Shown: positions 30,732 to 41,337, counted from the stretch's first letter. The stretch is 48,287 nt of DNA from an uncultured Candidatus Methanoperedens sp. (GCA_964465515.1 CAYXIP010000001.1:3557-51843), one strand, 5' to 3'. Numbers and translations: made by a program. Notes: generated from the letters alone by a model not told the origin.

Positions 30732-31060
30732 ACTTTGATTACGAGAACGATATTTTATATTTATATACTGGCGAAAAGGTCAGAGACAGCCTGCAGATAG
30801 AGAATTTTGTAATAGATTTTTCCTATGATAACAAGATTGTGGCAGTTGAAATTCTGGATGCTTCCAGGATATTGAGCGAATTATCGCAGGCTGAGGTAAC
30901 AAAGGACGCCCTGTCGAAAATAGAGTCTGCCGGGATGAGCGTTTATCGAGGCAAAGAGTTGATTTATATCTTACTGGCTATTCGCCTACCTATAAATCAG
31001 GCAAGTGTTGATATAAGAATCCCGGTTCCTGCGCCTGCGGCGGTTTCTGCGGTTGCTTAG
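30710..31060 (+). CDS. DUF2283 family putative antitoxin with C-terminal extension
   Basis: DYENDILYLY..DSLQI..VIDF..KIVAVEILDAS. Confidence 0.8.
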   Translation: MVKDAKIDFDYENDILYLYTGEKVRDSLQIENFVIDFSYDNKIVAVEILDASRILSELSQAEVTKDALSKIESAGMSVYRGKELIYILLAIRLPINQASVDIRIPVPAPAAVSAVA

Positions 31061-31144
31061 AACCAGGGAAAGGAAAAGTAAGTCAAAGGTATTGTTTTCT
31101 CAATGGAGAAAGTATAATACTACATGGAATTAATTTTACTACAA

Positions 31145-32770
31145 ATGGCGAAGGACTCAATCGGCGTAATCTTCGGGAAAACCAGTTCCTTAAACTTCAG
31201 GTTCGCGGTGTCAGACAGTACAGCCACCAAGCGTTCGGATTACATCAAGGTCTGGCACGAAAGTGAAGGCTGGACGCTTGCTCAGGTCGCCTCAATCACT
31301 CGCTCAAGCGAGGATTTTTCGATAGAAGAAGCCATCGATGCCGCAGGAGGCATATCGAAAATCGACGAGATGGACGAGCAGATAATCGCCGAAGCTAACG
31401 TAATAGGAGTTCGCGACAAGGACGGGATACCTCGCGTCCCAAAATCCCCTTTCAGTCCTGGGGATAAGGTTTTCAAAGCAGACGAGATTCTCATAAAAAT
31501 GACACTCGGGCTGATGCGCGGGGACGTGTATATAGGATTACTTGACGGGCAGAACATCCACGTCAATCTCGATGCAAATAACCTCGTCCAGAAGCACTGC
31601 AGCATCCTTGCCAAGACAGGAGCAGGGAAATCCTATACCTGCGGCGTAATTCTGGAAGAGCTTCTTGAAAAGAATGTCCCTCTCCTCATCATCGACCCGC
31701 ATGGGGAATATGCAACACTGAAATTCCCCAATGAAGATAAACCCGCATCCTTTGAACGATACGGGATAACACCCAGGGGTTATGCAGCACAGATAACCGT
31801 CTATACGCCAGCAAGCAAGCTGCTTAACCCAGCAGCGGACGCTCTTTTTCGGTTAAACGGGCTAAACCTTGGCATAAAGGAATTCGTGCAATTCTTCTCC
31901 GAGGACAGGTCGCAGAACGAGACAGGAATCTTATTCGAGGCTGTCTCGAAACTCAAGGCTGAAAAAGAGAATTATACCATCAACGATATCATCTTCGAAG
32001 TGGGGCAGAATAAGAGCAAGGTCAAATGGAACGTCATCAATAAGCTTGAGACGCTGCGTGAGACCGGGATATTATCGGATAAAGCCACTGCGATAAATGA
32101 ACTGGTGCAGGAAGGCAGGGCATCGATAATCGATATGAGAGGCGTGAATCCAGACCTTCAGGCGATGATAGTTTCCAAGCTGTGCACCGACCTTTTCGAG
32201 GCGAGAAAGCTCAATACCGTGCTACCATGCATGCTCGTGCTTGAGGAGGCGCACAATTTCTGCCCTGAAAAGGGATTCGAGAGGACAGTGAGCACGGATA
32301 TTCTGCGCACCATAGCTTCTGAAGGAAGGAAATTCGGTCTTGGGCTGCTGGTTGTTTCGCAGCGTCCTGCACGGGTGGATAAGAACGTGCTTTCGCAGTG
32401 CAATACCCAGATAATCATGAAGGTTACGAACCCCAACGATTTGAAGGCGATAAGCAAAGGGCTTGAGGGCATAAGCTCGGATGTAGAGGAGGACATCAAG
32501 CGCCTTTCTCCTGGAGTTGCGATGATAGTGAGCACATATATCGAGCGCCCCATACTTGTGGATATAAGGACACGTAAGAGCAGGCACGGCGGCGCAAGTG
32601 TGCCTGTGGTCAAAATGCCGCCTGAAAAGGGCAAAGAAGTCATATCCGAACAGAAAACTGAGGTAAAACCTGAACAAAAACCTGAGCCAGTAATAAAAGA
32701 AGCCGCCAAAAAATCCAAGAAACGCGAAATCAGCCTTTATCACAAGATGTTCGGGTCGAGGAAGAAATGA
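31145..32770 (+). CDS. HerA/FtsK-like ATPase (HAS barrel + DUF87)
   Basis: [42 protein letters not shown]. Confidence 0.9.
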   Translation: MAKDSIGVIFGKTSSLNFRFAVSDSTATKRSDYIKVWHESEGWTLAQVASITRSSEDFSIEEAIDAAGGISKIDEMDEQIIAEANVIGVRDKDGIPRVPKSPFSPGDKVFKADEILIKMTLGLMRGDVYIGLLDGQNIHVNLDANNLVQKHCSILAKTGAGKSYTCGVILEELLEKNVPLLIIDPHGEYATLKFPNEDKPASFERYGITPRGYAAQITVYTPASKLLNPAADALFRLNGLNLGIKEFVQFFSEDRSQNETGILFEAVSKLKAEKENYTINDIIFEVGQNKSKVKWNVINKLETLRETGILSDKATAINELVQEGRASIIDMRGVNPDLQAMIVSKLCTDLFEARKLNTVLPCMLVLEEAHNFCPEKGFERTVSTDILRTIASEGRKFGLGLLVVSQRPARVDKNVLSQCNTQIIMKVTNPNDLKAISKGLEGISSDVEEDIKRLSPGVAMIVSTYIERPILVDIRTRKSRHGGASVPVVKMPPEKGKEVISEQKTEVKPEQKPEPVIKEAAKKSKKREISLYHKMFGSRKK

Positions 32771-34032
32771 CGACTGCAATGGAAATGGCGCACGCCGGCA
32801 TCGTGACAAGGGAGATAAAAAGCGTTGCCACAAAAGAGGGAGTTGATGCGAATGCCATAAGAAAGTTCCTTGCACAGGGACTGCTCGTCATTCCAAAAAG
32901 CAACCGAAGCAAATCCCTGCCAATCGGCATAGGCCGGCTGATGCGCACCAAGATAAATGCCAATGTTGGCACATCGCGTGATTACGTTGATATCGATGCC
33001 GAAGTAAAAAAAGCGCAGACAGCAGAAAAATACGGCGCGGATACCGTAATGGACTTGTCCACAGGCGGTGACCTCGACCTGATACGAAAGCGCATTATCG
33101 ATGCCGTGAGCATACCAGTGGGCTCTGTGCCTATTTACCAGGCAGCAGGCAGTGGCATTGAGAACATGACCTCCGACGATATGTTCAATGTAGTGAGAAA
33201 GCATGCCGATGACGGCATTGACTTTGTTACCATCCATGCGGGCGTGACGCAAAGCTCTTTTGAGCGGTTGAAAAAAAGCGAAAGGATACTTGACGTAGTG
33301 AGCCGCGGTGGCGCCTTCACAATAGCATGGATGAAGCACAATAACGAGGAGAACCCTTTCTATTCCGAGTATGATTACCTGCTCGAAATAGCACAGGAAT
33401 ACGACCTCACAATCAGCCTGGGCGACGGCATGCGTCCGGGGTGCATCAACGATGCCTCTGACAGGGCAAAGTTCGAGGAGTTCATCATCCTCGGCGAGCT
33501 TGTGAAAAGGGCAAGGGCACAAGGTGTGCAGACACTTGTTGAAGGCCCGGGGCATGTTCCCATAGATGAGATTGGGTTATCTGTCAGCGCGATGAAGCAT
33601 CTCACCGCAGATGCACCGATTTACCTTCTCGGACCTCTTGTTACCGATATTGCGCCGGGCTACGACCACATCACCGCTTCAATCGGCGGGGCTGTTGCAG
33701 GGATGCACGGCGCTGATTTCCTGTGCATGACCACGCCTTCCGAGCATCTTGCTCTTCCAAGCGTTGAGGACATCAAGGAAGGCACGATAGTGACGAGAAT
33801 TGCGGCGCATGCAGCCGACCTCGTGAAGGAAGGCGTTCGGGAGAGGGCGCGCGCTGCCGATAAGGAGATGGCATTAGCGCGCAAAGAACTGGATTGGAAC
33901 AGGCAGTTCGGGCTTGCTATCGACAGCGAGAAAGCCAGAGAGATTCATGCGCGGAGCAAGAACGTTGATACGTGCAGCATGTGCGGGGAACTTTGCTCGA
34001 TCAAGATGATGCGGGAAGTGATGAAGAAGTGA
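32767..34032 (+). CDS. thiC: Phosphomethylpyrimidine synthase ThiC family (ThiC/BzaF-like)
   Basis: [56 protein letters not shown]. Confidence 0.88.
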   Translation: MTTAMEMAHAGIVTREIKSVATKEGVDANAIRKFLAQGLLVIPKSNRSKSLPIGIGRLMRTKINANVGTSRDYVDIDAEVKKAQTAEKYGADTVMDLSTGGDLDLIRKRIIDAVSIPVGSVPIYQAAGSGIENMTSDDMFNVVRKHADDGIDFVTIHAGVTQSSFERLKKSERILDVVSRGGAFTIAWMKHNNEENPFYSEYDYLLEIAQEYDLTISLGDGMRPGCINDASDRAKFEEFIILGELVKRARAQGVQTLVEGPGHVPIDEIGLSVSAMKHLTADAPIYLLGPLVTDIAPGYDHITASIGGAVAGMHGADFLCMTTPSEHLALPSVEDIKEGTIVTRIAAHAADLVKEGVRERARAADKEMALARKELDWNRQFGLAIDSEKAREIHARSKNVDTCSMCGELCSIKMMREVMKK

Positions 34033-34035
34033 AGG

Positions 34036-34992
34036 TTACTTATTTGCTATCGTGACCATCTCCACCAGCTTGCTAAGCACCTCTTGCACTCTTTCTCCCG
34101 TAAGCGTGGACATGCCCATATCCGCGCCCTCAACCAGCGCCGAAATATCGGTCTTGTTCGCCGCAACCAGCATCGGCACTGCGAACTCCTTTTTTATCTC
34201 CTCCAGAAGATGCATCTGCTTATCAAGAGAAAAACCGCATGTCTCTGAAGGGTCGATAATATAAAGAATAACCTTCCCTACATGCTTCAGCGCCGAGATT
34301 GCCTGAAGCTCGATCGCGTTCCTTTCCTCAAGCGGTCGGTCAAGCAGCCCCGGGGTATCGATGACCTGGTACCTCACGCCATCCTTTGTGAAATGCCCCA
34401 CAGCCAGTCCTTTCGTGGTGAAAGGATATGGCGCAATCTCAGGGCGCGCACTGCTCACGAGCGCCACGAAGCTGGATTTGCCTACGTTGGGATACCCAGC
34501 CACAACGATTGCAGGACCCTCGCCTATATCTGGAAGCTTTTTTAGTTTATTGCGCGCCTCATTCAGGAAGCGCAGGTTGCCGTCTATGCTCTCAACGATT
34601 GAGGAAATCCTGCCGAATGCCTGCTTGCGCACCACCTTCGCATCCTCTGCGTCGCGCATCGTGCCGACATATTTTCTGGAAATTTCGTGAATCTTATTCC
34701 CAGCCCACTGCACCGAGGCGAGGTTCATTTTCAGCTCTTCCACGCCTACGAGTATTTCTGCAAGCTCAAGATAAAAAGGCGGCATCTGATCAAAGCTCGG
34801 GAACCTTTTGACGATGTTAACAAGGTTATCGCTGAGTATGTTCGCAGCCGTCAGGAGCATGGATTCCTCTGCTTTGAGCTTTGAGGCGCGGTCAAGAATC
34901 TTTTTCCCGCGCTTGGCTCTTGTGGCTCTGCGGAAGGACTTGTCGAGTAGTTCTTCCGCCGTTGGGACTGTGGGGAGCTTTTCGAAGATCAT
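34036..34992 (-). CDS. NOG1 family GTP-binding protein
   Basis: AGYPNVGKSS, YPFTTKG, DTPGLLDRP..ERN.IE.QA, NKTD. Confidence 0.93.
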   Translation of the reverse strand: MIFEKLPTVPTAEELLDKSFRRATRAKRGKKILDRASKLKAEESMLLTAANILSDNLVNIVKRFPSFDQMPPFYLELAEILVGVEELKMNLASVQWAGNKIHEISRKYVGTMRDAEDAKVVRKQAFGRISSIVESIDGNLRFLNEARNKLKKLPDIGEGPAIVVAGYPNVGKSSFVALVSSARPEIAPYPFTTKGLAVGHFTKDGVRYQVIDTPGLLDRPLEERNAIELQAISALKHVGKVILYIIDPSETCGFSLDKQMHLLEEIKKEFAVPMLVAANKTDISALVEGADMGMSTLTGERVQEVLSKLVEMVTIANK

Positions 34993-35004
34993 ATTTACCT
35001 TCCT

Positions 35005-35661
35005 CTATTCCTGAAGAGGTAAATATTCCCTTGTCAGATTCTGCACATCAAAAGCCAGTTCCTCAAGTTTTCCTGTGAAGAAGTGGTCTGACCCTTCTAT
35101 TTTGATAAGCCTCTTTGGCTCAGGAATTTCCTGGCAGAGCTTCTCTATTTTTCCGATGGGTATGAGCGTATCCAGCGTGCCGTGGATGAATAGCACAGGT
35201 TTTTCGCATCCCATAAGAAAATCCATATCCCCAAAGCCTGCAGGCGTCCCAATTCCAATCAGCACTTTCACGCGAGCATCCCCGCATCCTGCCTTCATGC
35301 CAACCCATGCGCCGAAGGAGTGCCCTGCAATAATGATTTTTTCTCCCTTTTCCGCAACGTGGTCTATGGCAGCCCTCACATCTTCCGCTTCACCCCTTCC
35401 GTTATCGTATTTCCCGCTGCTTCTCCCCACTCCACGAAAATTGAATCGTAAGGAGGGTATGCCGAGGTCAAGAAATGCATGCGAAGCCGTGACCACCACC
35501 TTACCGTGCATCGAGCCGCCGTAGAGAGGATGGGGATGGCAGACAACCGCAACTGCAGGATAATGCGAGGTTTCAGGAACAGGAAGCATGAGAAGGGCTT
35601 CAAGCTCTCCAGCTGGAGAGGGTAGCAGAAGCTCTATGGTTTTATGGAGCGGTTCCCTCAT
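35005..35661 (-). CDS. Alpha/beta hydrolase
   Basis: CHPHPLYGGSM, RFNFRGVGRSSG, GHSFG, HGTLD, SDHFF. Confidence 0.9.
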   Translation of the reverse strand: MREPLHKTIELLLPSPAGELEALLMLPVPETSHYPAVAVVCHPHPLYGGSMHGKVVVTASHAFLDLGIPSLRFNFRGVGRSSGKYDNGRGEAEDVRAAIDHVAEKGEKIIIAGHSFGAWVGMKAGCGDARVKVLIGIGTPAGFGDMDFLMGCEKPVLFIHGTLDTLIPIGKIEKLCQEIPEPKRLIKIEGSDHFFTGKLEELAFDVQNLTREYLPLQE

Positions 35662-35668
35662 TGAACCT

Positions 35669-36148
35669 TCAGGTAAGCTCAATTCTCTCTTCGCAATAGG
35701 GGTCTCCGCGAGACATCATTTTTGTGGCTCTGTATTTAAGCCTTGGATTCACGCTCTTGCACAGCCCCTGCACAAAGCTTTTTCCGAAGCTCTCGCATAG
35801 CTTTGATTCATCATCTGTTTCCTTTCTCCATTCGTCAAGGAAGGGACATCCTTTTGTCTGCACTACAAAATGCTTATTCGTGTCCTCTATAATGCTGTGC
35901 TCTATCTCAAGCTCCCTGAGAAGGTTATCATAAACTGCCCCGGCTGCCCTTGCATCTTTTCCTTTGATTTTATGCGCCGCAAGCTGTGCCTTTGCATATT
36001 TTGCCCCGAGCTCTTTCTGCGCTCTCGCCGTGGCTTTAAGTGCCATCACCCCTTTTTTTTCAAATATTCCTGCAACGTATGCTGCGTACTTCACAGATGG
36101 TTTTTCTCCCGCTTTTATTCTTGGTTTGCCAATCATACTGACCTCCAT
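35669..36148 (-). CDS. V4R/ATC-hydrolase-like domain protein
   Basis: KGCPF..W, KLCE, NPRL, MSRGDPYCE triad of Cys. Confidence 0.7.
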   Translation of the reverse strand: MEVSMIGKPRIKAGEKPSVKYAAYVAGIFEKKGVMALKATARAQKELGAKYAKAQLAAHKIKGKDARAAGAVYDNLLRELEIEHSIIEDTNKHFVVQTKGCPFLDEWRKETDDESKLCESFGKSFVQGLCKSVNPRLKYRATKMMSRGDPYCEERIELT

Positions 36149-36356
36149 TTTTCAAAGGCTACTGCCTTTATATTAGCCATGAATTTCCGTATTAATAAAT
36201 CTTGGGTACTTCCTTACCAAAAGCATTTTAGCATTTCACGATAATCATGGAGCGATCAGACAGAACATGCCGGACTTAAATAAGCCTTTCATAAAAAAGA
36301 TTTTAGCAATTCTACTTGTGGATAATATCGATGATGTCCTGAAGTATGCTACATAA

Positions 36357-36992
36357 TCAAAACTTATACGCCAGCGTCAGACCATCCCGAACAGGAAGCA
36401 TCACAACTTCCACGCGTTTATCGCTGCATACATGCCTGTTGAATGCTGCAATCGCTCTGTCTGTTTCATCCTTCGGGTCAAGAACATCGCCGCTCCAGAG
36501 CACGTTGTCCACAACCAATAAACCACCTGAGCGGGTTCTCAGCATGCATAATTCCCAGTAATTAATGTAATTCTCCTTATCTGCATCTATAAACACAAGG
36601 TCAAAAGGACCTCGGATAGTTTTGAGCGTTTCAAGCGCCGGACCGAGTTTGAGTTCTATTTTCTCACCGTGCGGACTGCGCCTCCAGTATCGTTTTGCGA
36701 TGTCTGTTGCCTCTGTATCGATATCGCATGTGATAAGTTTCCCGTCTTGGGGTAATCCCTCTGCCATAACGAGCGCGCTGTACCCTGTAAACGTTCCAAG
36801 CTCAAGAACATGTTTTGCCCTAACGAGGCGAACCAGCATCCTCAGGAAAGCACCTTCAAGATGCCCTATCTGCATTTCTGGAAAGGGTGTTGTTGCATAC
36901 GTTTCGATAACAAGCTCACGCAGAAGGTTTGATTCAGGGGTTGTATTTTCTGCACAGTAACGCTCAATCTTCTTGGGTATAATTCTCTTCAT
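36357..36992 (-). CDS. O-methyltransferase (COMT/CCoAOMT family)
   Basis: VLELGTFTGYSAL, FDLVFIDADKENY, VDNVLWSG, PVRDGL. Confidence 0.93.
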   Translation of the reverse strand: MKRIIPKKIERYCAENTTPESNLLRELVIETYATTPFPEMQIGHLEGAFLRMLVRLVRAKHVLELGTFTGYSALVMAEGLPQDGKLITCDIDTEATDIAKRYWRRSPHGEKIELKLGPALETLKTIRGPFDLVFIDADKENYINYWELCMLRTRSGGLLVVDNVLWSGDVLDPKDETDRAIAAFNRHVCSDKRVEVVMLPVRDGLTLAYKF

Positions 36993-37204
36993 GCTGATTC
37001 GTATATCACGAAAAGACATAAAGGTACTTTCAAGCCCATCTCATCGATTTTATATAGCAAAATATTTAAGCTGGGAAGTCAAACAATAATATGATAGGAT
37101 TGGCTTTGTCACATTAATGGTACTTTTTCCATACGCAAAGTCAGTTAATAATGGGTAAAACGGGGAAAAACAGCATTTGAATACGAATAGTGAAACGGAT
37201 AGCA

Positions 37205-38647
37205 ATGACTGTTACCAAACATATCTCACTTGACAAAGAGTGTGTAGAGAAGCTGAAACCCTATGTTGAGAAACACAGCAGCAATTTCAGCGCAGCGATA
37301 CGTGAGATAATCGAAAAGGCAGGCAAATCTGGTCTTCCAGCAACTTCGCTGGCAATAGACAACTCGTTATTTAAATGGATCCTGAACGAGATAGATGGTA
37401 CTCTTGCTCCCGATACTGTATTGGATGAAATAATTGATCCAGGTCTAATAAATTCAATGAGCAAACTTGAAGATTACCTCAATTACAGGCTCGGAGAACT
37501 CGGGTGGAATATTGATCTCATACTGAAATACGATAATGAAAAACACCCCTCCGACGTATTGATAGAACTAAGAGGTCCTCATTCCAAAATAAGATTCATC
37601 GCCTGCATACTATCCCAGTATCTGATTAAAAATTCACCAAACCAAACGTCGCTTAAGATAACATCTATTACTGATTTAAACGACTGTATAAAAGTCAAAC
37701 TCTCAAGATCGAATAAAGCGGAAGCACAAAAAAGCCTGGTTGCTTTTTTTGGAGGGAAGGATGAAATAATAAAGACCATAGATAACCGACCTGCTTTCTG
37801 GAAGGCTCTGATAAACAGACATATTTCAAGCAATTACAATATGGTCACAGTTCACAGGAATTACTTTGAGGACCTGCTTGCAGGTAAAGTACCTGTGGGT
37901 GAAATAACGATTGAAAACCTGGCAAAAAAACCAATCAAAGAAATTCCGCTAAGGGAGATGCTATTCCTGATAAAAGAGGTTTACGAGACTTCCAGGGTTG
38001 CAGACAGGGTGGATATAGATAATGATACTGTAATAGTATCTCATAGTTATAGAACACAGGAAGCTGTTGAGAAATTAAAACAAAGTCTCATCAAGCTCTT
38101 AGAAGCTAACGGCCATTTGTTTGATGTAAAGTCAACTGCCAGCATGATTGTTCTCACACACAGGCCGGATGTGGGTGTAAAAATCAACGAAATTGTGGAA
38201 AATTTGAAAATAAGCAACAGCAGAGTGGACCAGGAATTGTTAGTGTTCATGGGTTTTCTTAAAGGGCTTAAGGATACTCCGGACATACCTGTATCCCTGA
38301 ATGCCCTTGGCAGAAGAATCGGTGAATCCTTGATGCAGGAGTATGAAAAAGAAAACAGCATCGAAAGCTGGGACCTGAGAACTTTCCAGAAGGCTTTAAT
38401 GATAATAGATTCCAAACTGCACAGAGAAAGCGATTGGAAGCTGGAGGGGAGAAATCTGCTTTATAGAATCAATAAATGCAATATTGCTACAGAAGGAGAT
38501 ACGTTTGATACCTATGTTTGCCATACAATACGGGAAACCTTCAAGGGGGCACTTGATCATGCGTTCGGGGATAAGGCAGAATTAGAGATTAAGAAATTAT
38601 TAACCCACGGGGATAATTTTTGCGAGGTGATGATACGGGTACAGTAG
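37205..38647 (+). CDS. Putative regulator: N-terminal ribbon-helix-helix, C-terminal V4R/methanogen-output domain
   Basis: TKHISLD..EKLKP..NFSAAIREII; C-terminal KCNI..VCH..HGDNFCEV. Confidence 0.7.
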   Translation: MTVTKHISLDKECVEKLKPYVEKHSSNFSAAIREIIEKAGKSGLPATSLAIDNSLFKWILNEIDGTLAPDTVLDEIIDPGLINSMSKLEDYLNYRLGELGWNIDLILKYDNEKHPSDVLIELRGPHSKIRFIACILSQYLIKNSPNQTSLKITSITDLNDCIKVKLSRSNKAEAQKSLVAFFGGKDEIIKTIDNRPAFWKALINRHISSNYNMVTVHRNYFEDLLAGKVPVGEITIENLAKKPIKEIPLREMLFLIKEVYETSRVADRVDIDNDTVIVSHSYRTQEAVEKLKQSLIKLLEANGHLFDVKSTASMIVLTHRPDVGVKINEIVENLKISNSRVDQELLVFMGFLKGLKDTPDIPVSLNALGRRIGESLMQEYEKENSIESWDLRTFQKALMIIDSKLHRESDWKLEGRNLLYRINKCNIATEGDTFDTYVCHTIRETFKGALDHAFGDKAELEIKKLLTHGDNFCEVMIRVQ

Positions 38648-38844
38648 CTGCTACTGGGGAGGATAAAAGAATAAGATATGTTGCAGCCGCGGCAGTAGCT
38701 GGGGCAGGTATGGCAGCTGCTTATTATTACCCTGCAGAGACGTTCATGGCTTTTGTCTTGTGGGTGTCTCCGGGCATTCCAATAATCCTGATAGTGATTT
38801 TGATATACAAGTTGTTTTTCGAGAAAAGGAGGACATCAGTATGA
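38620..38844 (+). CDS. Small membrane protein, paralog of 41028-41330 N-half; start uncertain
   Basis: IRYVAAAAVAGAGMAAAYYYPAETF vs IKYITAAAIAGAVMGIAYYYPAELF; stop overlaps next ATG (ATGA). Confidence 0.55.
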   Translation: MRGDDTGTVAATGEDKRIRYVAAAAVAGAGMAAAYYYPAETFMAFVLWVSPGIPIILIVILIYKLFFEKRRTSV

Positions 38845-39152
38845 GTAAATACAACATGGACGAATTCAACAGAGAAAAATGGAAGATGCCCAGATGGGCA
38901 ATGTACACAGCCTCTTTGATAGCTGGAGTTTTTATGGCTTTCGTGCTGGGATGGCTGTTCCTTATTCCAGCAGCTGTTGTTGTACTTCTGGTCTATGGGC
39001 TTGTAGTATCTATGAGGGATAGGAAGAACAGGATTACAGTGACTGTAAAGCCAAGTGAGGCTGTGAAAGCCATTGTGCGCAGGGAGGAAGAGCTCAAACG
39101 AGAGAAAGAAAGAATCATGTATGAAGAATCCGGCGCTGTGATAAAACAGTAA
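38841..39152 (+). CDS. Small two-TM protein with charged helical tail
   Basis: SD GGAGG; tail RKNRITVTVKPSEAVKAIVRREEELKREKE matches 41028-41330. Confidence 0.75.
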   Translation: MSKYNMDEFNREKWKMPRWAMYTASLIAGVFMAFVLGWLFLIPAAVVVLLVYGLVVSMRDRKNRITVTVKPSEAVKAIVRREEELKREKERIMYEESGAVIKQ

Positions 39153-39175
39153 CCAGTGGAGTTTCCGAACCGAGT

Positions 39176-40051
39176 ATGAACAGATTGGCTTTATTCTTAA
39201 TCGCTGGACTCTTCTTGCTACTGGTAGGAGTTGAAGCCGTAGCCGGGCAAAACGAGGACAGGGATGTATCATGTTTCCACTGTCATTCCAAGCAGGTGAA
39301 TGAGTTGAAGAATAGCGTGCACATAACTTCGAACATTTCATGCGTGGACTGCCACGGCGGAGAAATACACGTGAGTGGAAACACAATTTCCGTAAACGTC
39401 ATGAGTGCAAATTTTACAGGCGTACCTGACAGAGCCAACATTTCGGACTTATGCTCAAAATGCCATCCTGAAGAGACAAAGCTGTACAAAGAAAGCATAC
39501 ACTGGAAAGAACTTGAAACAGGACATGCGATAGCCGCAACATGCACGGATTGTCATGGCGCCCATGATATCCTGTCCTCAAAGAATCCCGAATCTATGAC
39601 ATATTCCGGAAATGTTCCTCAGCTATGCGCCAGTTGCCATGAAAACCAGACGAAGATGAGCGCATGGTACTATGGAATTCTGACTGATAGATTTGATACC
39701 TATAAAAATTCGTATCACTACAAAGCGCTTATTTCAGGAGGAAAGGGGGTTGCAACATGCCCTGATTGTCATGAAAACCATGATACGAAAAATGAAACCG
39801 ATCCCACATCCTCGATATATCCAGCAAATCTTCCTGCTACATGCGGAAAACCTGGATGCCATTCTGGCCAGAATGTTCGGATCTATGGCGGTAAGGTACA
39901 TGAAGGGCAGTCTGTTTACCTTCTATCCATTGATGCCAAAAGACTTGTAACCTATTTCTACATGCTGATGATACTGTTTGAGGTCGCCTTTACTCTGGGG
40001 CTTATATCCCTTCATATTAACTCAAGGTTCGAGATAAGAAGGAGGGAATGA
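39176..40051 (+). CDS. Membrane-anchored multiheme cytochrome c (6 CxxCH + 1 CX4CH)
   Basis: Signal peptide; CFHCH, CVDCH, CSKCH, CTDCH, CASCH, CPDCH, CGKPGCH; C-terminal TM. Confidence 0.93.
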   Translation: MNRLALFLIAGLFLLLVGVEAVAGQNEDRDVSCFHCHSKQVNELKNSVHITSNISCVDCHGGEIHVSGNTISVNVMSANFTGVPDRANISDLCSKCHPEETKLYKESIHWKELETGHAIAATCTDCHGAHDILSSKNPESMTYSGNVPQLCASCHENQTKMSAWYYGILTDRFDTYKNSYHYKALISGGKGVATCPDCHENHDTKNETDPTSSIYPANLPATCGKPGCHSGQNVRIYGGKVHEGQSVYLLSIDAKRLVTYFYMLMILFEVAFTLGLISLHINSRFEIRRRE

Positions 40052-40052
40052 A

Positions 40053-40865
40053 ATGTCGGAATTAAAATTCAGGAGGTTCACCCTTAACCAGCGTATCGAG
40101 CATATAATATTTTTTACAACGTTTATATTGCTGGCATATACGGGCTTTCCCCTGATGTTCCCTGACGAATGGTGGTCTAAATGGATGATTGCATCTGTGG
40201 GCGGTTTTGATAACAGAACCTTTATACACCATGACGCAGGGCTCATAATGATAGGTGTAAGCGTATATCATGTGGTTTTCCATATTCTGGAGAAACCGCG
40301 CTTTGACATTTTGTTCAATCCCGGGGATATTAACAACTTTCTGCAGCAGATTCGATACTCGCTGCGGTATTCGGATGAGCATCCCAGATTCGGGAGATAT
40401 ACATGGAAGCAGAAGTTCGAATATTTCGGAGCAGGATTTGGAGCAGTAATAATGGGTTTTACAGGGATATTGATGTGGAAGCCCTTTGAAGCCATGCAGT
40501 ACTTTCCTATAGGATTCATCCAGATAGCTAACCTTTTCCACACATGGGAGGCAGTTCTTGCTTCAATTGCAATATTCATCGGGCATTTCTATGACGAGCA
40601 TCTTGGAAAATTCCCAAATATGTCCTGGTTAACTGGTAATATTTCAGAAGAGGAAATGCGCCATGAGCATCCTCTTGAATACGACGAGGTAATGGGAAAC
40701 GTTGTAATGAATAACCTGGTAAACACGGAGAGCAGGGCAGGCAACAAGATGATTACAGGGTTTGCAAAGTTACTGTTCACCATAATTTTTTTAGCAATCA
40801 GTATCTGGATGCTGTGGATTTCATATCAGGTACTGGTTGAAGCAGTCAGGACATATATCCTGTAA
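40053..40865 (+). CDS. Di-heme cytochrome b (FdnI/HydC-like)
   Basis: RFTLNQRIEH, YTGFP, IHHDAG, YH, FGRYTWKQKFEY, FHTWEA..GHFY, EEEMRHEHP. Confidence 0.88.
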   Translation: MSELKFRRFTLNQRIEHIIFFTTFILLAYTGFPLMFPDEWWSKWMIASVGGFDNRTFIHHDAGLIMIGVSVYHVVFHILEKPRFDILFNPGDINNFLQQIRYSLRYSDEHPRFGRYTWKQKFEYFGAGFGAVIMGFTGILMWKPFEAMQYFPIGFIQIANLFHTWEAVLASIAIFIGHFYDEHLGKFPNMSWLTGNISEEEMRHEHPLEYDEVMGNVVMNNLVNTESRAGNKMITGFAKLLFTIIFLAISIWMLWISYQVLVEAVRTYIL

Positions 40866-41027
40866 GTATGCCATGAACTCAGTTTTCTTGCTAAACTGTT
40901 GACAAACAGGGATGTTTTCTGGCAAAAACCCAATTTTATTGCCAAATAGTTGCTGAATGCTCTTTTAACGTTGACATTACATAAACCAGATTGTAAGTAA
41001 AAAAAACAAAATAAGGGGGTTAGACAT

Positions 41028-41330
41028 ATGAAGAACGGGATCAAATATATCACGGCTGCTGCCATTGCCGGGGCAGTCATGGGGATAGCGTATTACTATC
41101 CTGCGGAACTCTTTATTGCTTTCGCTGCAGGATGGTTGTTCGGCATTCCGGCGGTTTTCGTTGCATATATGCTCTACGCGCTGTTCGTCCTCAGTAAAGA
41201 AAGAAAGCACAGGATTGAGGTCTCAATAAAGCCAACAGAAGCTCTCAGAGCCATAGCACGAAGGGAGGCGGAACTGAAGAGGGAAAAGGAGATTCTGCTC
41301 GAAGAGGCAGGGAAGGGGAACATCAGGTAA
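41028..41330 (+). CDS. Small two-TM protein with charged helical tail (paralog of 38620 and 38841 ORFs)
   Basis: Internal similarity to both upstream small ORFs; SD-like GGGGGT. Confidence 0.75.
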   Translation: MKNGIKYITAAAIAGAVMGIAYYYPAELFIAFAAGWLFGIPAVFVAYMLYALFVLSKERKHRIEVSIKPTEALRAIARREAELKREKEILLEEAGKGNIR

Positions 41331-41337
41331 ATTTTGC

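Noticed and set aside
40898-40976. Two GTTGACA copies resembling bacterial -35 boxes
   Set aside because: Archaeal context, 7-mer only, and no well-placed -10
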